Of a stretch of DNA of 64,000 nt, positions 12,099 through 25,381 are shown piece after piece. The notes beneath the pieces are model-generated. The model made no database searches, was not told where the DNA came from, and was given only the letters and a program-made list of their open reading frames with translations. The translations under genes were made by a program, and so were the position numbers. Each line of letters opens with the position of its first letter. The stretch's first letter is position 1. This stretch comes from Zootoca vivipara (lineage: Eukaryota), in assembly GCF_963506605.1 (NCBI RefSeq), contig NC_083280.1, positions 36,332,001-36,396,000 on the forward strand, written 5' to 3'.

Positions 12099-14051
12099 GA
12101 AGAAAGAACTACAGACTGCAAAGGCAGGAGGCTGAGCTCTGTCCCACAAGACTTGCCTCCTGGAACAATGGAGCTCTTCCTGGATGCAAATGTTATACAG
12201 ACCCTAAAGAATGCATCTTTAGTATGGTATCAAGTCCTGCAGAGCCTCAGTCTGTGTGAGAATGGGTTGGAGCTCATTGAGCCTGGGGCATTCCTTGGCA
12301 CCAGGAGCCTCAGTAGTCTATCTCTGGCCAACAATGCCCTCTCTGTGAACTATTCTGCAACAGCAGCTGCTCTGGGGACTTTGCCTGCCCTGAGGAAGTT
12401 GGACCTATCTGGAAATCTGCTCAATGAAGCTAAGATGGCCACCCTGATCCAAGATTTGTCCTCTCTAGAATCTTTGTCCTTGGCCTGGAACTCCATCATG
12501 AGGCTGGATGACTCTCACTTAAAAAATCTGCCCAGGCTGCAGCACCTAGATTTGCAGCATAACTACATATTTGAGATTGAGACTGGTGCCTTTGATGGTT
12601 TGCGATGGCTACAGCAGCTTAATCTGGCCTACAACTACATTCCTTGCATTGTGGAGTTTGACCTGACCCAACTCCGGGTGCTAAATGTCAGCAACAATCA
12701 AATCGAGTGGTTCTTGGCTGCAGAGAATGATGCTGCCTTTGAACTAGAAACACTAGATCTTTCCTACAACCAGCTCCTCTTCTTCCCGCTGTTGCCCAAG
12801 CAAAATAAACTGAGAACTCTGCTGCTGATGCACAACCAATTGAACTTCTACAACAATATTTTCAATGACTCAGAGGGCACGGTGCAACTGCTATTCCTGG
12901 ATGGCAACATCACCAACATCACCACCCTCGACCTCTGGGCAGAAAACCATCATAGCAACCTCTCTTCCCTGCAGTTCCTAGACATGAGTTGGAACCAGCT
13001 CTGGTACCTCCCAGAAAGGTTTTTTGAAGGCATGTCTTCCCTTGCTCATCTGAACCTCAGCCACAACTGCTTAGAGACATTACAGATACAGGAGAGTGAC
13101 CTGCTAAGCACTCTCGTTGACTTGGATCTCAGCTACAACCAACTTCAGGATCTCCAAATGAACTTGGGCCATAGAAGCAGCTTAGCCAACCTCAGAACGT
13201 TGAATCTGAGCACCAACAGACTGTGTGGCTTGCCTGCTAAAATCTTTACTCACACAACAAAGATCACTACACTTGACCTCAGTAAAAACCCAATAAAGCT
13301 TTGTGCCTCACATGCTGCTGGAAGTCCCAGTTGCATAGATATCAGTAATGCTGGCTCCATAAGGAATCTTTTCCTGTTTGGCTGTGACCTAGAAATACTG
13401 GACACCCACATCTTTCAGGGGACTTCTATAGCACACTTAGACCTTTCTGACAATCCTAGGTCACTACTTGATGGCTTAGGACCTCTGAAAGTTGTTGCAC
13501 AATCACTGCAGGTGCTCTATCTTAGGAACACTGGACTTTCTGCTGCAAGGACAAATATGGACTTCTCTGCATTTCAGAAGCTGGTAAACCTAGATCTATC
13601 TGAAAATTCCCTGGCCAGCTTCCCTGAATCTTTAACAGGCCTGGAACTGCAAATTCTGGATCTAAGGAGAAATCGTCTCCATGCCCTACCTCAGCATGCC
13701 ATGCAGAAGCTTGGAAAGAGCTTACATGAGATCTACCTCAGCCAGAATCCCTATGACTGCTGCCAGCTGGGTTGGTGGGATGCCCTGCATGACCATGACA
13801 CTGTACGCATTCTAGACTGGAGTCAAGTCACTTGCAACTTTTCCTCTAAGTTCATCCGTGTAGCAGATTTGCCTGAATCAATCATCCAGAATTGCAAGTG
13901 GCTAACGGCAGATATGACTCTACTGCATCTGGTCCTTGTTCTTCCTACCTGTTTGGCCCTGCTAGTTGCCTTTGTTATCATCTTTCTGACTTTCAGGCAA
14001 CAAATTCTTCAAATGGTGAAGAGCAGGTACAGAAGGTCCAGCCCTTATTGA
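12099..14051 (+). CDS. NRROS: NRROS/LRRC33 large terminal exon: LRR ectodomain, LRRCT cap, TM helix, short basic tail (total protein 682 aa)
   Basis: Acceptor ctttttctgctgcag|GAA. Many LxxLxLSxN repeats, NPYDCC cap, TM LLHLVLVLPTCLALLVAFVIIFL, C-terminus SSPY. GARP/NRROS-type TGF-beta-linking cysteines at 12645 and 13068. Synteny with CEP19/PIGX/PAK2. Confidence 0.96.
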   Translation, partial: EERTTDCKGRRLSSVPQDLPPGTMELFLDANVIQTLKNASLVWYQVLQSLSLCENGLELIEPGAFLGTRSLSSLSLANNALSVNYSATAAALGTLPALRKLDLSGNLLNEAKMATLIQDLSSLESLSLAWNSIMRLDDSHLKNLPRLQHLDLQHNYIFEIETGAFDGLRWLQQLNLAYNYIPCIVEFDLTQLRVLNVSNNQIEWFLAAENDAAFELETLDLSYNQLLFFPLLPKQNKLRTLLLMHNQLNFYNNIFNDSEGTVQLLFLDGNITNITTLDLWAENHHSNLSSLQFLDMSWNQLWYLPERFFEGMSSLAHLNLSHNCLETLQIQESDLLSTLVDLDLSYNQLQDLQMNLGHRSSLANLRTLNLSTNRLCGLPAKIFTHTTKITTLDLSKNPIKLCASHAAGSPSCIDISNAGSIRNLFLFGCDLEILDTHIFQGTSIAHLDLSDNPRSLLDGLGPLKVVAQSLQVLYLRNTGLSAARTNMDFSAFQKLVNLDLSENSLASFPESLTGLELQILDLRRNRLHALPQHAMQKLGKSLHEIYLSQNPYDCCQLGWWDALHDHDTVRILDWSQVTCNFSSKFIRVADLPESIIQNCKWLTADMTLLHLVLVLPTCLALLVAFVIIFLTFRQQILQMVKSRYRRSSPY

Positions 14052-17000
14052 CTCTGGGATGGTGTGAAGAAAACAGCCACTGGGACCCTCCAGAATGGGC
14101 ATAGGTAGGGCTGGAAAGCTAGAAAATCCTATTGGGTGATAATGCATCCATTAATGGGGCTCCAGGAAGCCACAGTGTGTGGCAATGCTTTATATGGAGT
14201 TGCCCAATGTGTGTAATAAAATGTCCTCATATGTAGTTGACAGGAATGGCATAGGACACAGTTCTGTGCAGAGACAAATGCAAGATAATAATCCTGTTTA
14301 ATGGTCACAATAGGAAGAAAATGGCCTTTATAAACATGAAAGACAAGTGAGAGGGACTGATGCTGGGAACCAACCATGATGTTTGAATAAATGCAGCTCC
14401 CAAACAGGTGTAACTTCTTGACCAAGCACTAACTAATTTTTTTCCCTTTCAGTAGGAACACTTTCCCCACCCCCACATTTATCCACTTGCCAGTTGAAAT
14501 ACTCATATGACAGACCAAATGTTGGAGGGAACACCGAGGGGCATTCCAAGGCCATCTCAGCAGTGTTGGCTGCAGCACAACTTCCCAACATGTCAAGGAG
14601 GTGCAATTCATAAAACTGGAAATGGTGGGGTATAAGGAAGCCATAACTTTTCTGCAGATGTGAATGGCATGTGGAAGACTGTATGAAATGATTACCAACC
14701 TGGCACCTCTCACTCCAACTGACCCCCAAGTTTTGTGCTGGGCTATAGATGCAGGTGGCAATGCAAGCATCTTGCTGCCTACATGCTCCAAGACAGCTAT
14801 TTGATCATTACCTGAAATTGCTATGGTTGCACACACAAAGAAGTGCAAGGGGAGAACAGAGCAAAATCTAGACCCCTTCATCCCCTTACCATGCTGTGCT
14901 CCAGTGCAGTGGTCCATCCCCTTTGACTGATCTCTCAAGCCAGAAGTGAGCTACAAGGTGCAGTGGGGTTGGAGCCTATTTTGTTTTGTGTAAAGAGTAG
15001 ACGCACCCATTTGATATGTGAGTGGGGCAAACGCATTTCAGTATAGACAAGATGGCCCTGTATTTCTGGCTTGGCCCTCAGAGCATTAAATCAGGGTGGT
15101 TATGATAACATTGTCCATGGCAAAACACATCAGTTCACAAAGAGATTGTCAACATCTGAAGATCCTTCAGAATTTCTTTTTATTTTATTTTAAGGTTTCT
15201 AGATCACTCCCCACTTGCTGTGTAAAATGTGTGGCCTGCTAAAGTTGTTAGGAGACCTTTGACAAACTGTACTAATGTGTGGTCTGAGATTCCCAGGATT
15301 CTTTAGGGGAAGCCATGACTGTTAAAACGGTGTGTGATTTAAATTCAAGGTGTAGACGTGATCCTAATTACAGCAGTAAAAACAATGTAATGGAAGTGGG
15401 TGTCACAGGGCAAGAGCAGGAAACTGGCATTCTCTTAGTAAGCAGCTTGTTTTTGGTATGTATGTGGATCAGCGCTGGCTGTTTGAGGCGTCCCTGTGGT
15501 AGAGGTTTACAGGCAGGAAAACCACATGCTGCGAAAACCTCAGGCTATGTTCTGAATCTGATGCATGCACACCCTGCAGATGTGTGGGTGCATCTTGGTC
15601 GACTTTTCGTTCTGAAATGTAGGGTCAGGTTTCAGTTACCAATAAATAACGCACAGTTCAAATGAAAGAACAGGACAGTTTCAGATGCTTGCGTTTCACT
15701 TGGCCTCATGTCAGTCACGAGGTAGTGCAACCTAAATATTATGTGCAGAACTGTCCACTTCACATACCTCATGCAGAAGAAAATTGTTTCCTGTGAAAAG
15801 TCATGCATAATTAGCACAGTCTTCAAGGCTACTGTGACTGAGACTTACTTGTTTTACGTGCAGGGTAAATAGTGAATAAATTCTAAAGAGGAGGGGCTAA
15901 ATATTTTTGGCCTGAGAGAGACACATTCAGCCTTGACCAATAGTGATCACATGCCAATGATGGGTGTAGTCACCCCACACGATTGCATGAATACTCTTGC
16001 ACATATGCATACACAACCATACAGGACACAGACACACAAAGTCTGACAAGCATCCCCCCACCAAACATCTGGAGAGAGAGATTTAATTGTCTTTGTCCAG
16101 CACAGCACCATGCCAACTTTATTCTCCTCTCATTTTCCTGCCACTACAAAAATGGGTAGGGTCTTGAGAGTGCCAGAAAAAAAATGCTTTGTGGGAGCCA
16201 AGTCAGACTCCTGGATATAGAAACATTATGGGTGGGATGTTTAACTGTTGAATTGGTTAGATTAATTAAAACTTTTAATAAACTGCAAAAGGTGCCTTGA
16301 AAAGGAGATAGACTGTAATTGCTGGCATCTGTTCCTCCAAATGCTTTCATTGTTGCTGTCCCCACACTATGGTGGTACAAGGTGCCCTGTTTTTTTCGAT
16401 GTGCTGGGAGATGCCAGCAATGACTGTGCCTCTTTTCCTGTATTAGGCAGATGTCTTAGCTTCCTCGTTGTACGATAAGTGAAGATTAACTGGTTCTGCT
16501 TTTGTTAGAGGGAAAAAAATTACTCAGTTCAGGATGTGGTTAGCAGAATCGGCATCGGGTGTTGCCCAACAGAAAATTGGTAGGTGGTTAGGGAGAAAAG
16601 GGAATTAACTTCGCATTTTATCTGATCAAAGTACACCAATGGAGAAACCACATCAGTTACAAGGAAAGCTAAAAGAAGTTCTGTGAAGGCAGGAGTTGAA
16701 TCATCTGAAGGCCTGGGCTCATGTCCCAAGTTTGTGGCTCAGACTGAAATCCTGTTCTGGGGTGAGGGGACTAGTGAGTGGGATGGCCCAGGTTTTTTAC
16801 AAGGAGTTGGAGTAGATTGGCTAGTGTCTTTGAGTCCTTTTGAACTTTTTGAGCCTAGAGGTCAGCTCACTGAAAGCTTTCATGTGCAAATGAGGCACCA
16901 CCAGTCAACCACCAGGGGTACAATTTTCTGCTAACCTCAACCACAGCACTTTTCAGTGAAGTTGCTCCACATGCTTGACTTCAAGGCTGTGTACACACTA

Positions 17001-17753
17001 TACCTTTAGAGTACACTCAAAACACATTCGTTCTTTTTCAAAGAATTCTGGGCACTGTAGTTTCCCCCTCACAGAGTTACTTAACAGCCTTAACATGCCT
17101 TATATTACTATCTCCTGTTTCCTACAGTCCTCTAGATCAGGGATGGGGAACTGGATCCAACTGGCAGGCCCCACCCTTGTCTCCACCACCTGCCAATCAC
17201 TTGATGCTGCAGCTGTGTCAGGCGAGCTGTTCTTGCACGGCATGGCACTGTGCACAGAAGCCCTGATGATCAGCTGATAACCCATACATTTAAAGCACAT
17301 GACTTTCCCCAAAATAATTCTTGGAACTGTAGTTTACTTCTCACACAACTACAGTTCCCAACACCCATAATGAACTATACAGTTTCCTACATAGTTTGGG
17401 AGGGGGAGTCATGCACTTTAAATGCATGGTACGTATGCAACCCACATATGAAGTCTAGGTTTTCAACATGTGCCTACAGTGTGGGCCACATCAGTGCATT
17501 GCCCTGCTTTGTGCAACAACAATATTCAGCCAGCTGAGCTTACCCTCGTGTGTTTGGCTAGCTTCCAACTGCCTTTACCTCAGTGCTTCTTTACATTCTC
17601 TTTCAGTGGCTTTTCCCATCTGCCGCACGATGTTGCCGTACGCTCTTTCTGCCACAGGCTTGTTTGCTAATGTTTTATGTGGTGCATTTCTAGAATATTT
17701 GTGAGAGGAGGGGCATGGAACAGAGATTGGAGTGCCTCAAGGAAAAGCAGTGC

Positions 17754-17785
<32 letters not shown>
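17754..17785. repeat. (CAAT)n microsatellite
   Basis: About 8 units. Confidence 0.9.
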
Positions 17786-17789
<4 letters not shown>

Positions 17790-18398
17790 GGTTTAAAATA
17801 CTATTAAAGAATGTAGCTCAACTGGCAAATCCCCCTCCATTTCATCTGTTTCACAGATAGATTGATTTATCCCAAATAATTTATGACCGCTTTTGATCAG
17901 CCTAGTTTTCCCCGCCCCAAACACTTTCATTGATGAGGATTCCACAAAATCCTTAGATAGTTCTGTAATGTGATATAGAGATACGTATCAGCACCCAATT
18001 CCTAAAATAATTATTTACCCACACTTATGCCCATGTCCCACCCTCCAGCCACTAGTGCAATGCACACCAAATGATGGGAATACATATGGAAATATAGCCA
18101 ATAATGTGGGCTGTAGGAGTGAGCAGGTTGAATGCCAGCCCAAGCTTCCCTTCTGTGTTCTCAGTGAGCTCTGATCTCCCTCCTTGCCCTTTCCTTCATC
18201 TCTCTTTGCCACAACCAGCCTTTGCCTGCTGGCTTAGGACCAATCTGGATGTCCTGTTAATTGTGTGAATGCATTAATTGGCAGCAATGGGAGCTTCCTT
18301 TGAAATGCAAAGATAGACGTTTTGTCAGGATAACTGCAGGTAGAGAGTTAAACTCCCGCCCCCCTGCCCCCAGTTTGCTTCTCCATTCTGACTTTTAT

Positions 18399-18548
18399 TT
18401 GTTGTTGTTTAGTCGTTTAGTCGTGTCCAACTCTTCGTGACCCATGGACCATAGCATGCCAGGCACTCCTGTCTTCCACTGCCTGCTATGGTCCATGGGG
18501 TCACGAAGAGTCGGACACGACTAAACGACTAAACAACAACAACAACAA
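18399..18548. mobile_element. Two BovB 3' ends joined in inverted orientation
   Basis: 18399-18483 minus-strand 3' end; 18484-18548 plus-strand 3' end. Confidence 0.9.
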
Positions 18549-19772
18549 GGGGAAATTGCTTCAAAAATGTGTATATTAGGAGGAATGTGCACTAAAATGC
18601 TGGTAAGTGTTCATGAGATTTTTTTAAAGAAATCTCAAACTGCTGTGGAAATGTAGAGAAATGAATTTAAGTTTGGAAAAAATGAGAAACTTAAGACAAC
18701 TGAAACTGGTAGATTCATAGGTCCCTACTCTAAACAACGGGATTTGTGCTGCAAATATTTTTGGGTAAAGGAGTCTATGGATTGCAGCTTACTGAGAAAT
18801 TGGTACTCTTTATGCATGCAATTTTTGGCAGCATCCACACACCATCATCAAAAGGCCAGCTGGCACATCTTTTACAATTAATTCAGATTTCCCCTTACTG
18901 CAGAAAAGTCATTTTTTTAAATATATAAAGTAACCTATTATACATCTACAATCACTGTAGGTATAGAAGCTTGTTAACACATTTTGTGTTTGTGGTGATA
19001 ATTTGCTATCCACACACCCTACTTTCATTTGTTCCTCATCTGAGTGCAGCCTAGCAATTTTGTTGCTGGCAGACCAAGTGGCAACATTTCTGACCATTGC
19101 TGCATGCTAATTGGATGGTGTTCCAAAATTTAAACATCTGGGTTTGGGAAAATGATTTCCAATGCAATACATGCAAGGGATAACCTTGGAGATTGTAACT
19201 GCAATACATACATTGGGTTAATCATCATCATCACAATCATCTTTCACAAGATCTCTTTGTCTTTCTTCTGATTTGGCTATTAGACATTTTAAATATAACT
19301 TAAACTTTGATCTCATAAAATAGGAAGGAAGCTGACATTCCCAGATGTTCTCTTTTTATAATTAAAAAGGTCTAGCATCTAGTGTTCATTTCTTTTATCA
19401 TGTTGTAGGCTATACAGTTAGAATGTAATTGACTTCACAAAGAAACTTTCTATAACAAGTATATGTTCATTACTGAAAAAGGCCTCCTGTCAAGTAAATA
19501 AAAATAAATAAATAATTCCAATTAATCAGCTTTAATACTTTCCCAAACACTAGAGACTGTAAAGTGTCCAAGGAACAATACAACTTATTCCTAAGCTGCT
19601 CTCTGCCTGGAGAGATACTTTTAAATGTTCTGAGATTCCTGCAAAGTGAAGAAATTTGCCAAAAAGTGAGTAGTTAAGTAATAAAATATTGCCCTCCGGA
19701 GACCAAATTTTATATATGTTTGAAATTTATAGTTTGCATACATGTGTCTTGGGGTACATTTTTGAATTTACA

Positions 19773-19826
<54 letters not shown>
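19773..19826. repeat. (TATC)n microsatellite
   Basis: About 13 units. Confidence 0.95.
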
Positions 19827-21260
19827 AATTGTAGTGTCTTCATGTATTCTCTGAGCCCAACTCACATACACACACCCATTCCCAAACTGGGTTAAAATTC
19901 TACAGAATGGGACCCACAACAGGGTCAATAAACAAGAGAACTGTAGTGGTGAAGCATCAGAAGTGCCTTATCAGTTTCACATTGTGCAAATGAGGTGAAA
20001 CTCAAATCAGTTTCACATTGTGCTATGGAGGTGAAACTGAGAATGGAAAACTAGTGCACATTTATTACACTATTCAGTAGCCCACCTGTAGGGCCCTTAG
20101 AAAAAACTACAATGGGTAACACATTCTTTAGGGAGACTCAAGAACCTTTTCTAAAAAGCTGTCTATTGCTGCCATCATTTCATACACCTGTCATTCTTGT
20201 TATTAGACATCATTTAATTCTGTCAACATTATCGGCTCTTTCAGCTATTCAAAATTACTTTATTGGACAGTTGTTTCTTCAGGTTTGACTACATAAAAAT
20301 GGAAACAGAAAGCATATCAATTTAGTCTCACAATAAAGCATCCATTATTAGCACCACATGAAAGACTAACTGAAACAGAACAATCCTAAGTTAGTGTCTG
20401 TTTGATTCTGTGGCAAAAGAATAATCACTTCCTTCGCTCCAATCGGGGTAGAAAGGGGGAGAGCAGGTTTTTTCCCTGCCTCCTCCCCTATTACTTTTAT
20501 ATGCTAGCAGTGCTTTCTGCTAGTGTAGTAAGGACTCCCTCTTTGCTAGCAGAATGCTGCTTAATGTTTCTAATGGCCTCTCAGCTGGCTTTAGGACTGC
20601 TTGTTAATTTGACTTCTAAGCCGTTATTTATCACACTCCCCAAACCCCATGTTAACAATAACTTAAGAGCATTAGTTTCAACACAGCCCTGCATATTTAA
20701 ACATAAATGGTTTCATTGTGATTCCCCAAAAGCAATTTAAAATAAATAAATAAATAACTGTATCATTTTAGTGTGAAACAGTAATATTGCAACTATCAAA
20801 TATTGTAGCTCATATTCTGATGCAATTTTAGAAAGTGAGAGAGGTAACTGAAAGTTTGGAAGTTTAACGGACAAACTGGCACCTCCGGTAATTAAACAAC
20901 ATCGCAAAACAATCAATAAGACATCAATTACTTGCAGAGTTAATTTTTTTGCAAAGTTAATGCTGCAATGTGAAGCACTGAAGTAGATCCATTGCTTTAT
21001 TTACAATGGCAAAGAACTAGCATACAGTCTATATAAAACTCTTTTGAGTCTGGTTGTATCTTTTTCATCAAGCACCTCCAAACAATTTTTCATTAACATG
21101 TTTACATTTTTTTTAAAAAAAATGTAAGTCTTGATCTAATTTCACAGTATAAAATGTAGCAGCTGACTGATTACTCAAGTTTGGCTTCTAAAATATGAAG
21201 AGGCATGAGATATATATTCCCAATATGAGAAGATTCATCAATCCACGGCTTGATTATGGA

Positions 21261-21619
21261 TCAAAACTCATCATCTGATTCATCATCCCACTCACAGGCT
21301 TCAAGCTCTTCTTGTGGGAACTTCACCTCTACATTGTAGACAAAATCAGGGTCATCTTTCTTTTTTCTGTTCTTTTCAAACAGTGCATCCATAATTTCTT
21401 TCCTTTTGGCTAGCTCCTTGTCATCTAGTTTGTTCAGGTCCTCTTCTGGGTCAATTGTTTCTTCCCGCTGAATTTGCTCCAGACTTTGAGTCATATTTTG
21501 TCCCCCCAACTGGCATCTCAGCAAATTGTGTAATTTTTGTAGCTGTTCCATTGAGACACCTTCTAAATAAGTCTTGTGCCGAGGATTATTCTTTAGCTGT
21601 TCTGCTGCCCTGCTGCAAT
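21261..21619 (-). CDS. CEP19: CEP19 coding exon 2 ([15 protein letters not shown]...WDDESDDEF*); total 162 aa
   Basis: Acceptor ...ggtgcag|AT completes Asp. [19 protein letters not shown] and [10 protein letters not shown] are CEP19 hallmarks. 130+359=489 nt. Confidence 0.97.
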
Positions 21620-21768
21620 CTGCACCAATGAAAAGACAAAAAGTCCAGGTAACAAAAATTCATAATTTTGTTTATTTGTAAATATGCATTTTAAAATCCA
21701 GAAATATTTGTCTCTGAGGACTATATCCCACCTCTTTCTCACCTATGTGTGAGGAACAGAGGGAGATG

Positions 21769-21769
<1 letters not shown>

Positions 21770-21798
<29 letters not shown>
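21770..21798. repeat. (TA)n microsatellite in the CEP19 intron
   Basis: About 14 units. Confidence 0.9.
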
Positions 21799-21803
<5 letters not shown>

Positions 21804-22063
21804 CATACAGTATATGTATATTACACCTGCAGTCTTCTGTGGAGTGAAAAGCCAAATTCCACTATAACACGCATCAAAGCTTAATAACCAAATGGCTGAA
21901 GCAGTACCTTTCTCAAACACAATCCTGAATGTGATCACGCGGATTCAATGATGACTAAACAATGTGTAGTTTACAGATTGTTGCCAGTACAGTATTCCCA
22001 TCTATTATTCCTTTTTTCCTGCATATTGGATTGTCCACCATCTCCAATGCTGAGCTGTTAGAT

Positions 22064-22197
22064 CAGGCATCATCAACCTGGTGCCCTCCAGAAGTTTTGG
22101 ACTACAACTCCCATCAGCCTTAGAGAGCAGCCACTCATTGGAGCTGATGGGAGCTGTGGTTCAAAACATCTGGGTAGCACCAGTTTGGTGAAGGTTG
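22064..22197. mobile_element. Diverged hAT MITE in the CEP19 intron
   Basis: caggcatcatcaacc...ggactacaactcccatc...gatgggagctgtgg core. Confidence 0.7.
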
Positions 22198-22286
22198 TGA
22201 CAAACTCCTGTGATGGCAGCAGTATCTGAACTTGTCTATTTGGGGAAAGAGACCAGCGATAGGTTAGAAAAATAAGCATGCTATAC

Positions 22287-22416
22287 CTGAGAACTTGGAG
22301 AAATTCCGGATAGGCATGATGCGCTTGCGTATATTATTCCTGAGCTGATCTTCATAGATTAAAACAATAGAGGGAGGGTTTAATTTGATGCCACATTTCT
22401 TTGCCACGTAAGACAT
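22287..22416 (-). CDS. CEP19: CEP19 coding exon 1 (MSYVAKKCGIKLNPPSIVLIY...NFSKFS)
   Basis: ATG at 22416; translation matches the CEP19 N-terminus (AKKCGI...RIMPIRNFSKFS); donor TCAG|gtatag; 130 nt, phase 1. Confidence 0.95.
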
Positions 22417-22659
22417 CCTGCTGTAGGCTCAGTCAGAAGACACCACATTCATTCATGCCCAGTGAGCCAACTTTTTATTTTGATAAGCTACTGAGACACG
22501 TTAGCGGTGTTTAAAAGGACCAGGAAGTTTAAAATCGCTTATGAAACAGGATCCCACTTCAGATATTAAAACTGCCAGTGGCTTCACAAAGGCATGCTTA
22601 AGTGGCGCGGTGCATTGAATAGCGAAATTCGTATTTCACCACCTAGGAGATGATCCCTC

Positions 22660-23430
22660 TCAGACCCCATTCAGCGGTGCGACTCCTCAGCTTTTAAAAA
22701 CAGTTTGTTTCCAAAGGCGAGCAGGGCGACTAAGGCAGGCGAGGGAGAAACCGAGTCCCGGCCTGTTCCCGGCCTGCGCACGCACCGCGACTGCTTCCTT
22801 CTTCCGAGGCCTCAAGGACCTCACTGCTTCCTATTTTCTTCTGCATCGGCTGCAGCGCGGCGCACGCGCCCCAGCATCCAACTCGTCACCATGACAACGG
22901 CTCGCCGCCGTCGCTGCTCTATCAGGCCCCCTTCGGCATTGACGTCCCTGAACGTGCCTGCGAAGGGACGTCTTTGCAGAGGTTCCGTGGCGCTTCAGGA
23001 GATTCTCTTTGCTTTTCCTCGCTTCCTTTTCTTCTTTCTATGGTCCTGAGAAAGGCGGAGGCGGAGGCCCTGGCTAGGTGGAGTTCAGTCCAGCTATGCT
23101 CTCCAAGTCAGGCGCCCATGAGGACGCTCTGGAAGCGGGGAGGACCTTGGTTGTGGGCGGAAGAGACGGCGCGTGCATGAAGTAAGGGGGCATCGTTGGG
23201 CTTCCTGGGATTTAGACCCCGCGGCCCTCTCGAGGTGCGGGAAGAGCTGGCCCTCCCGCCCTAGTATCTTCAGCCTGGGAGGCAGAATAGAAGAACATGT
23301 CCGAGGGGATACTCTCGACTCGGTGCTTGTGGGAAGCGGGTGGGGGAGCTCAGTGGCCCTGCGGACCGCCAGCCTTCGCTCGCAGAGTCCCTAGCAGCGT
23401 CGCCTAGAGTGACCAAGCGAAAGGGCTGCG
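22660..23430. promoter_or_regulatory. CpG island; bidirectional CEP19/PIGX promoter
   Basis: CpG-dense segment between divergently oriented genes. NRF1-like TGCGCACGCA at 22775, CRE-like TGACGTC at 22940, candidate PIGX exon-1 donor GAA|gtaagg at 23181/23182. Confidence 0.85.
22885..22898. promoter_or_regulatory. RFX X-box GTCACCATGACAAC
   Basis: Close match to the GTTGCCATGGCAAC consensus in the promoter of a ciliary gene (CEP19). Confidence 0.75.
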
Positions 23431-23854
23431 TCCTGGGGCACCCAAGATCTTCTCCTCTCCAGGGTAGCCTTGGGTGGTTTCTGCTTCAGAAAGTTGCACT
23501 CGCCCTTGATTGATTCCCCTCTCCCTTTGTGTCCCCAAATGCTTGAGATAGATATTCCTTGAAAGGTGGAATGTTCCTGCCTCGTGCGAGTTTGCAAAAT
23601 AATTTAATTTGCTTAAAAGATTCCAAACTGTTGACAGAAGCGGTCTTCTTTTTTTATATGGTTCGTACTCTATGCGGAGAAAAAAAGATTACAGTATTTC
23701 ACTGGGGCTCATTTCCTTTTAAGTCTGTTGATGGGTCAGACAGGCTTCTTGGCTGTGAAGCTCAAAGCTCCCAAGAGAACATAGTTGGCAAAAACAGGAG
23801 AACTCTTGTATGGATGATATAAATATATAGCGGCCATGAGATTGGAAACACATT

Positions 23855-24220
23855 ATTTATATTATTTATTTAACAGAATTTATATACTGATTAATCATCC
23901 ATAACCCCTAAGTGGTTACGATCAAGTGGTATATAAATTTTGTGAAATAAATGATAAACTGACCAAAACATTCATAAAAGTATTGATAAAACTGAATGTT
24001 AAGAGCAAATATAAGTAAAACCAGCAGTTGTTAACAATGTACATAATTAAATAAAGTACAGTATAGGTAAGCTTGCCTAAAAAAAATCTAGCAGGTGCCA
24101 AAAACAATACAGTGAAGGCGCCTGCCTAATATCAGTGGGGAGGGAGTTCCATAGAATAAGCGCTGTCACACTGGAGTATTGGTTTCTTGCAAGTGTGGAA
24201 CAAACATGTGGCACTTGTAA
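23855..24220 (-). mobile_element. Old L2-type LINE 3' fragment
   Basis: Minus strand reads LWNSLPTDIRQAPSLYCF, typical of an L2 ORF2 end; tttatt tail. Confidence 0.65.
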
Positions 24221-25192
24221 AAGTGCCAATTCATACATAATAATTAATACATACAAAGTAACATTCATACATATGATTTGTTCGGCAACATTAAGGCTTT
24301 ATAAATCCATATACATGGTAGAGTGTCAGCATGGACAGTATCTCTGTCAAGGCACCTTCAAAGAACATTCATAACAGTAGATGGAAAAGGCTGTACGGTG
24401 GAGTAGTTATGTCCCTGGTTTTATGTCCCTGGTTTTCTTCCAAAGAGGGAAAGAAGGGGGAATACACAGATCTCTCCACAGGCTATACACTTGTGATCTC
24501 TGATTCTGTGACACAATGTGGCTTAGGTGCCGCAGTGCCATTATCTTCATATGCCTGTATACGTCCTAGTGACATGATTATCCTTGGTTATCTTCCCACG
24601 GTGCCAATTTCCACTTCTGAGCAGGAGTCATTTCCCCACCCAGCCCACCTGCCACATTCTTTTTTCTTGTCTGAGGATATGGATGGGAGTGCGTTGCTTA
24701 TCATGAACACTTACTACACAATAAATTTTTAACTAGAACAATGCAGTGTAGGCTAGATAAGTTAAATGCAGAAACCTAAATTTCCAGGCTTGGTTGCAGG
24801 GGTTGTTTTTTTAATAATTATGATCAGAGTATTCACATGCCTGAGTTAAGTGATTCTAAGTTACACTTTTGTGAATTTTGTTACAGACACTGGGTTTCAG
24901 AGACATATGAGCAGGGATAACATTGATTTAAACATGCCCATCAGATGGCTAATTGTATGGCCCATATGGACATGACAGTCTATATCTTATATTCCTTCAT
25001 TGTTGTAAAGCTCTACGTTATCTCAGGCTTTCAGTGTAATCGGGACACAAATATTAATAGTTTGGGCCAAAGCATGCTGTGATACAATTCTGAGAAGGTC
25101 TGGAAAAATGCACATACCCTAAAAGCAATAATGTTTCACTTTGCTTATTATTTTCTTTCATGGGGATTTCCATTTAAAGACTTATCTTAGAG

Positions 25193-25381
25193 CAGTGGTA
25201 GTCAACCTTTTTATACCTATCACCCACTAATGCATCTTTCTTGATGGTAAAATTTCCTTACCGCCCACCAGTGCCTGATGGAAGGAGGATTCAGCTTGTG
25301 CTGTAGAACCCCCTACCGCCCACCTAGAATCCAGAAACGCCCACTAGTTTCTAGTGGTAGGGACCAGGTTGACAACCCCTG
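25193..25381. mobile_element. hAT (Charlie-like) MITE
   Basis: cagtggtagtcaacc ... ggttgacaacccctg; TSD tcttagag. Confidence 0.88.

Noticed and set aside
14129-14938. Minus-strand ORFs of 98-169 aa
   Set aside because: Antisense to the NRROS 3' UTR; no motif or convincing splice structure.
20741-20757. AU-rich element in the CEP19 3' UTR
   Set aside because: Indistinguishable from the common (AAAT)n microsatellite, and the UTR end is unknown.
22705-23394. ORFs in the CEP19/PIGX island, including a CTG-initiated PIGX leader near 23070
   Set aside because: That frame stops at 23180 before the candidate donor and is not signal-peptide-like.
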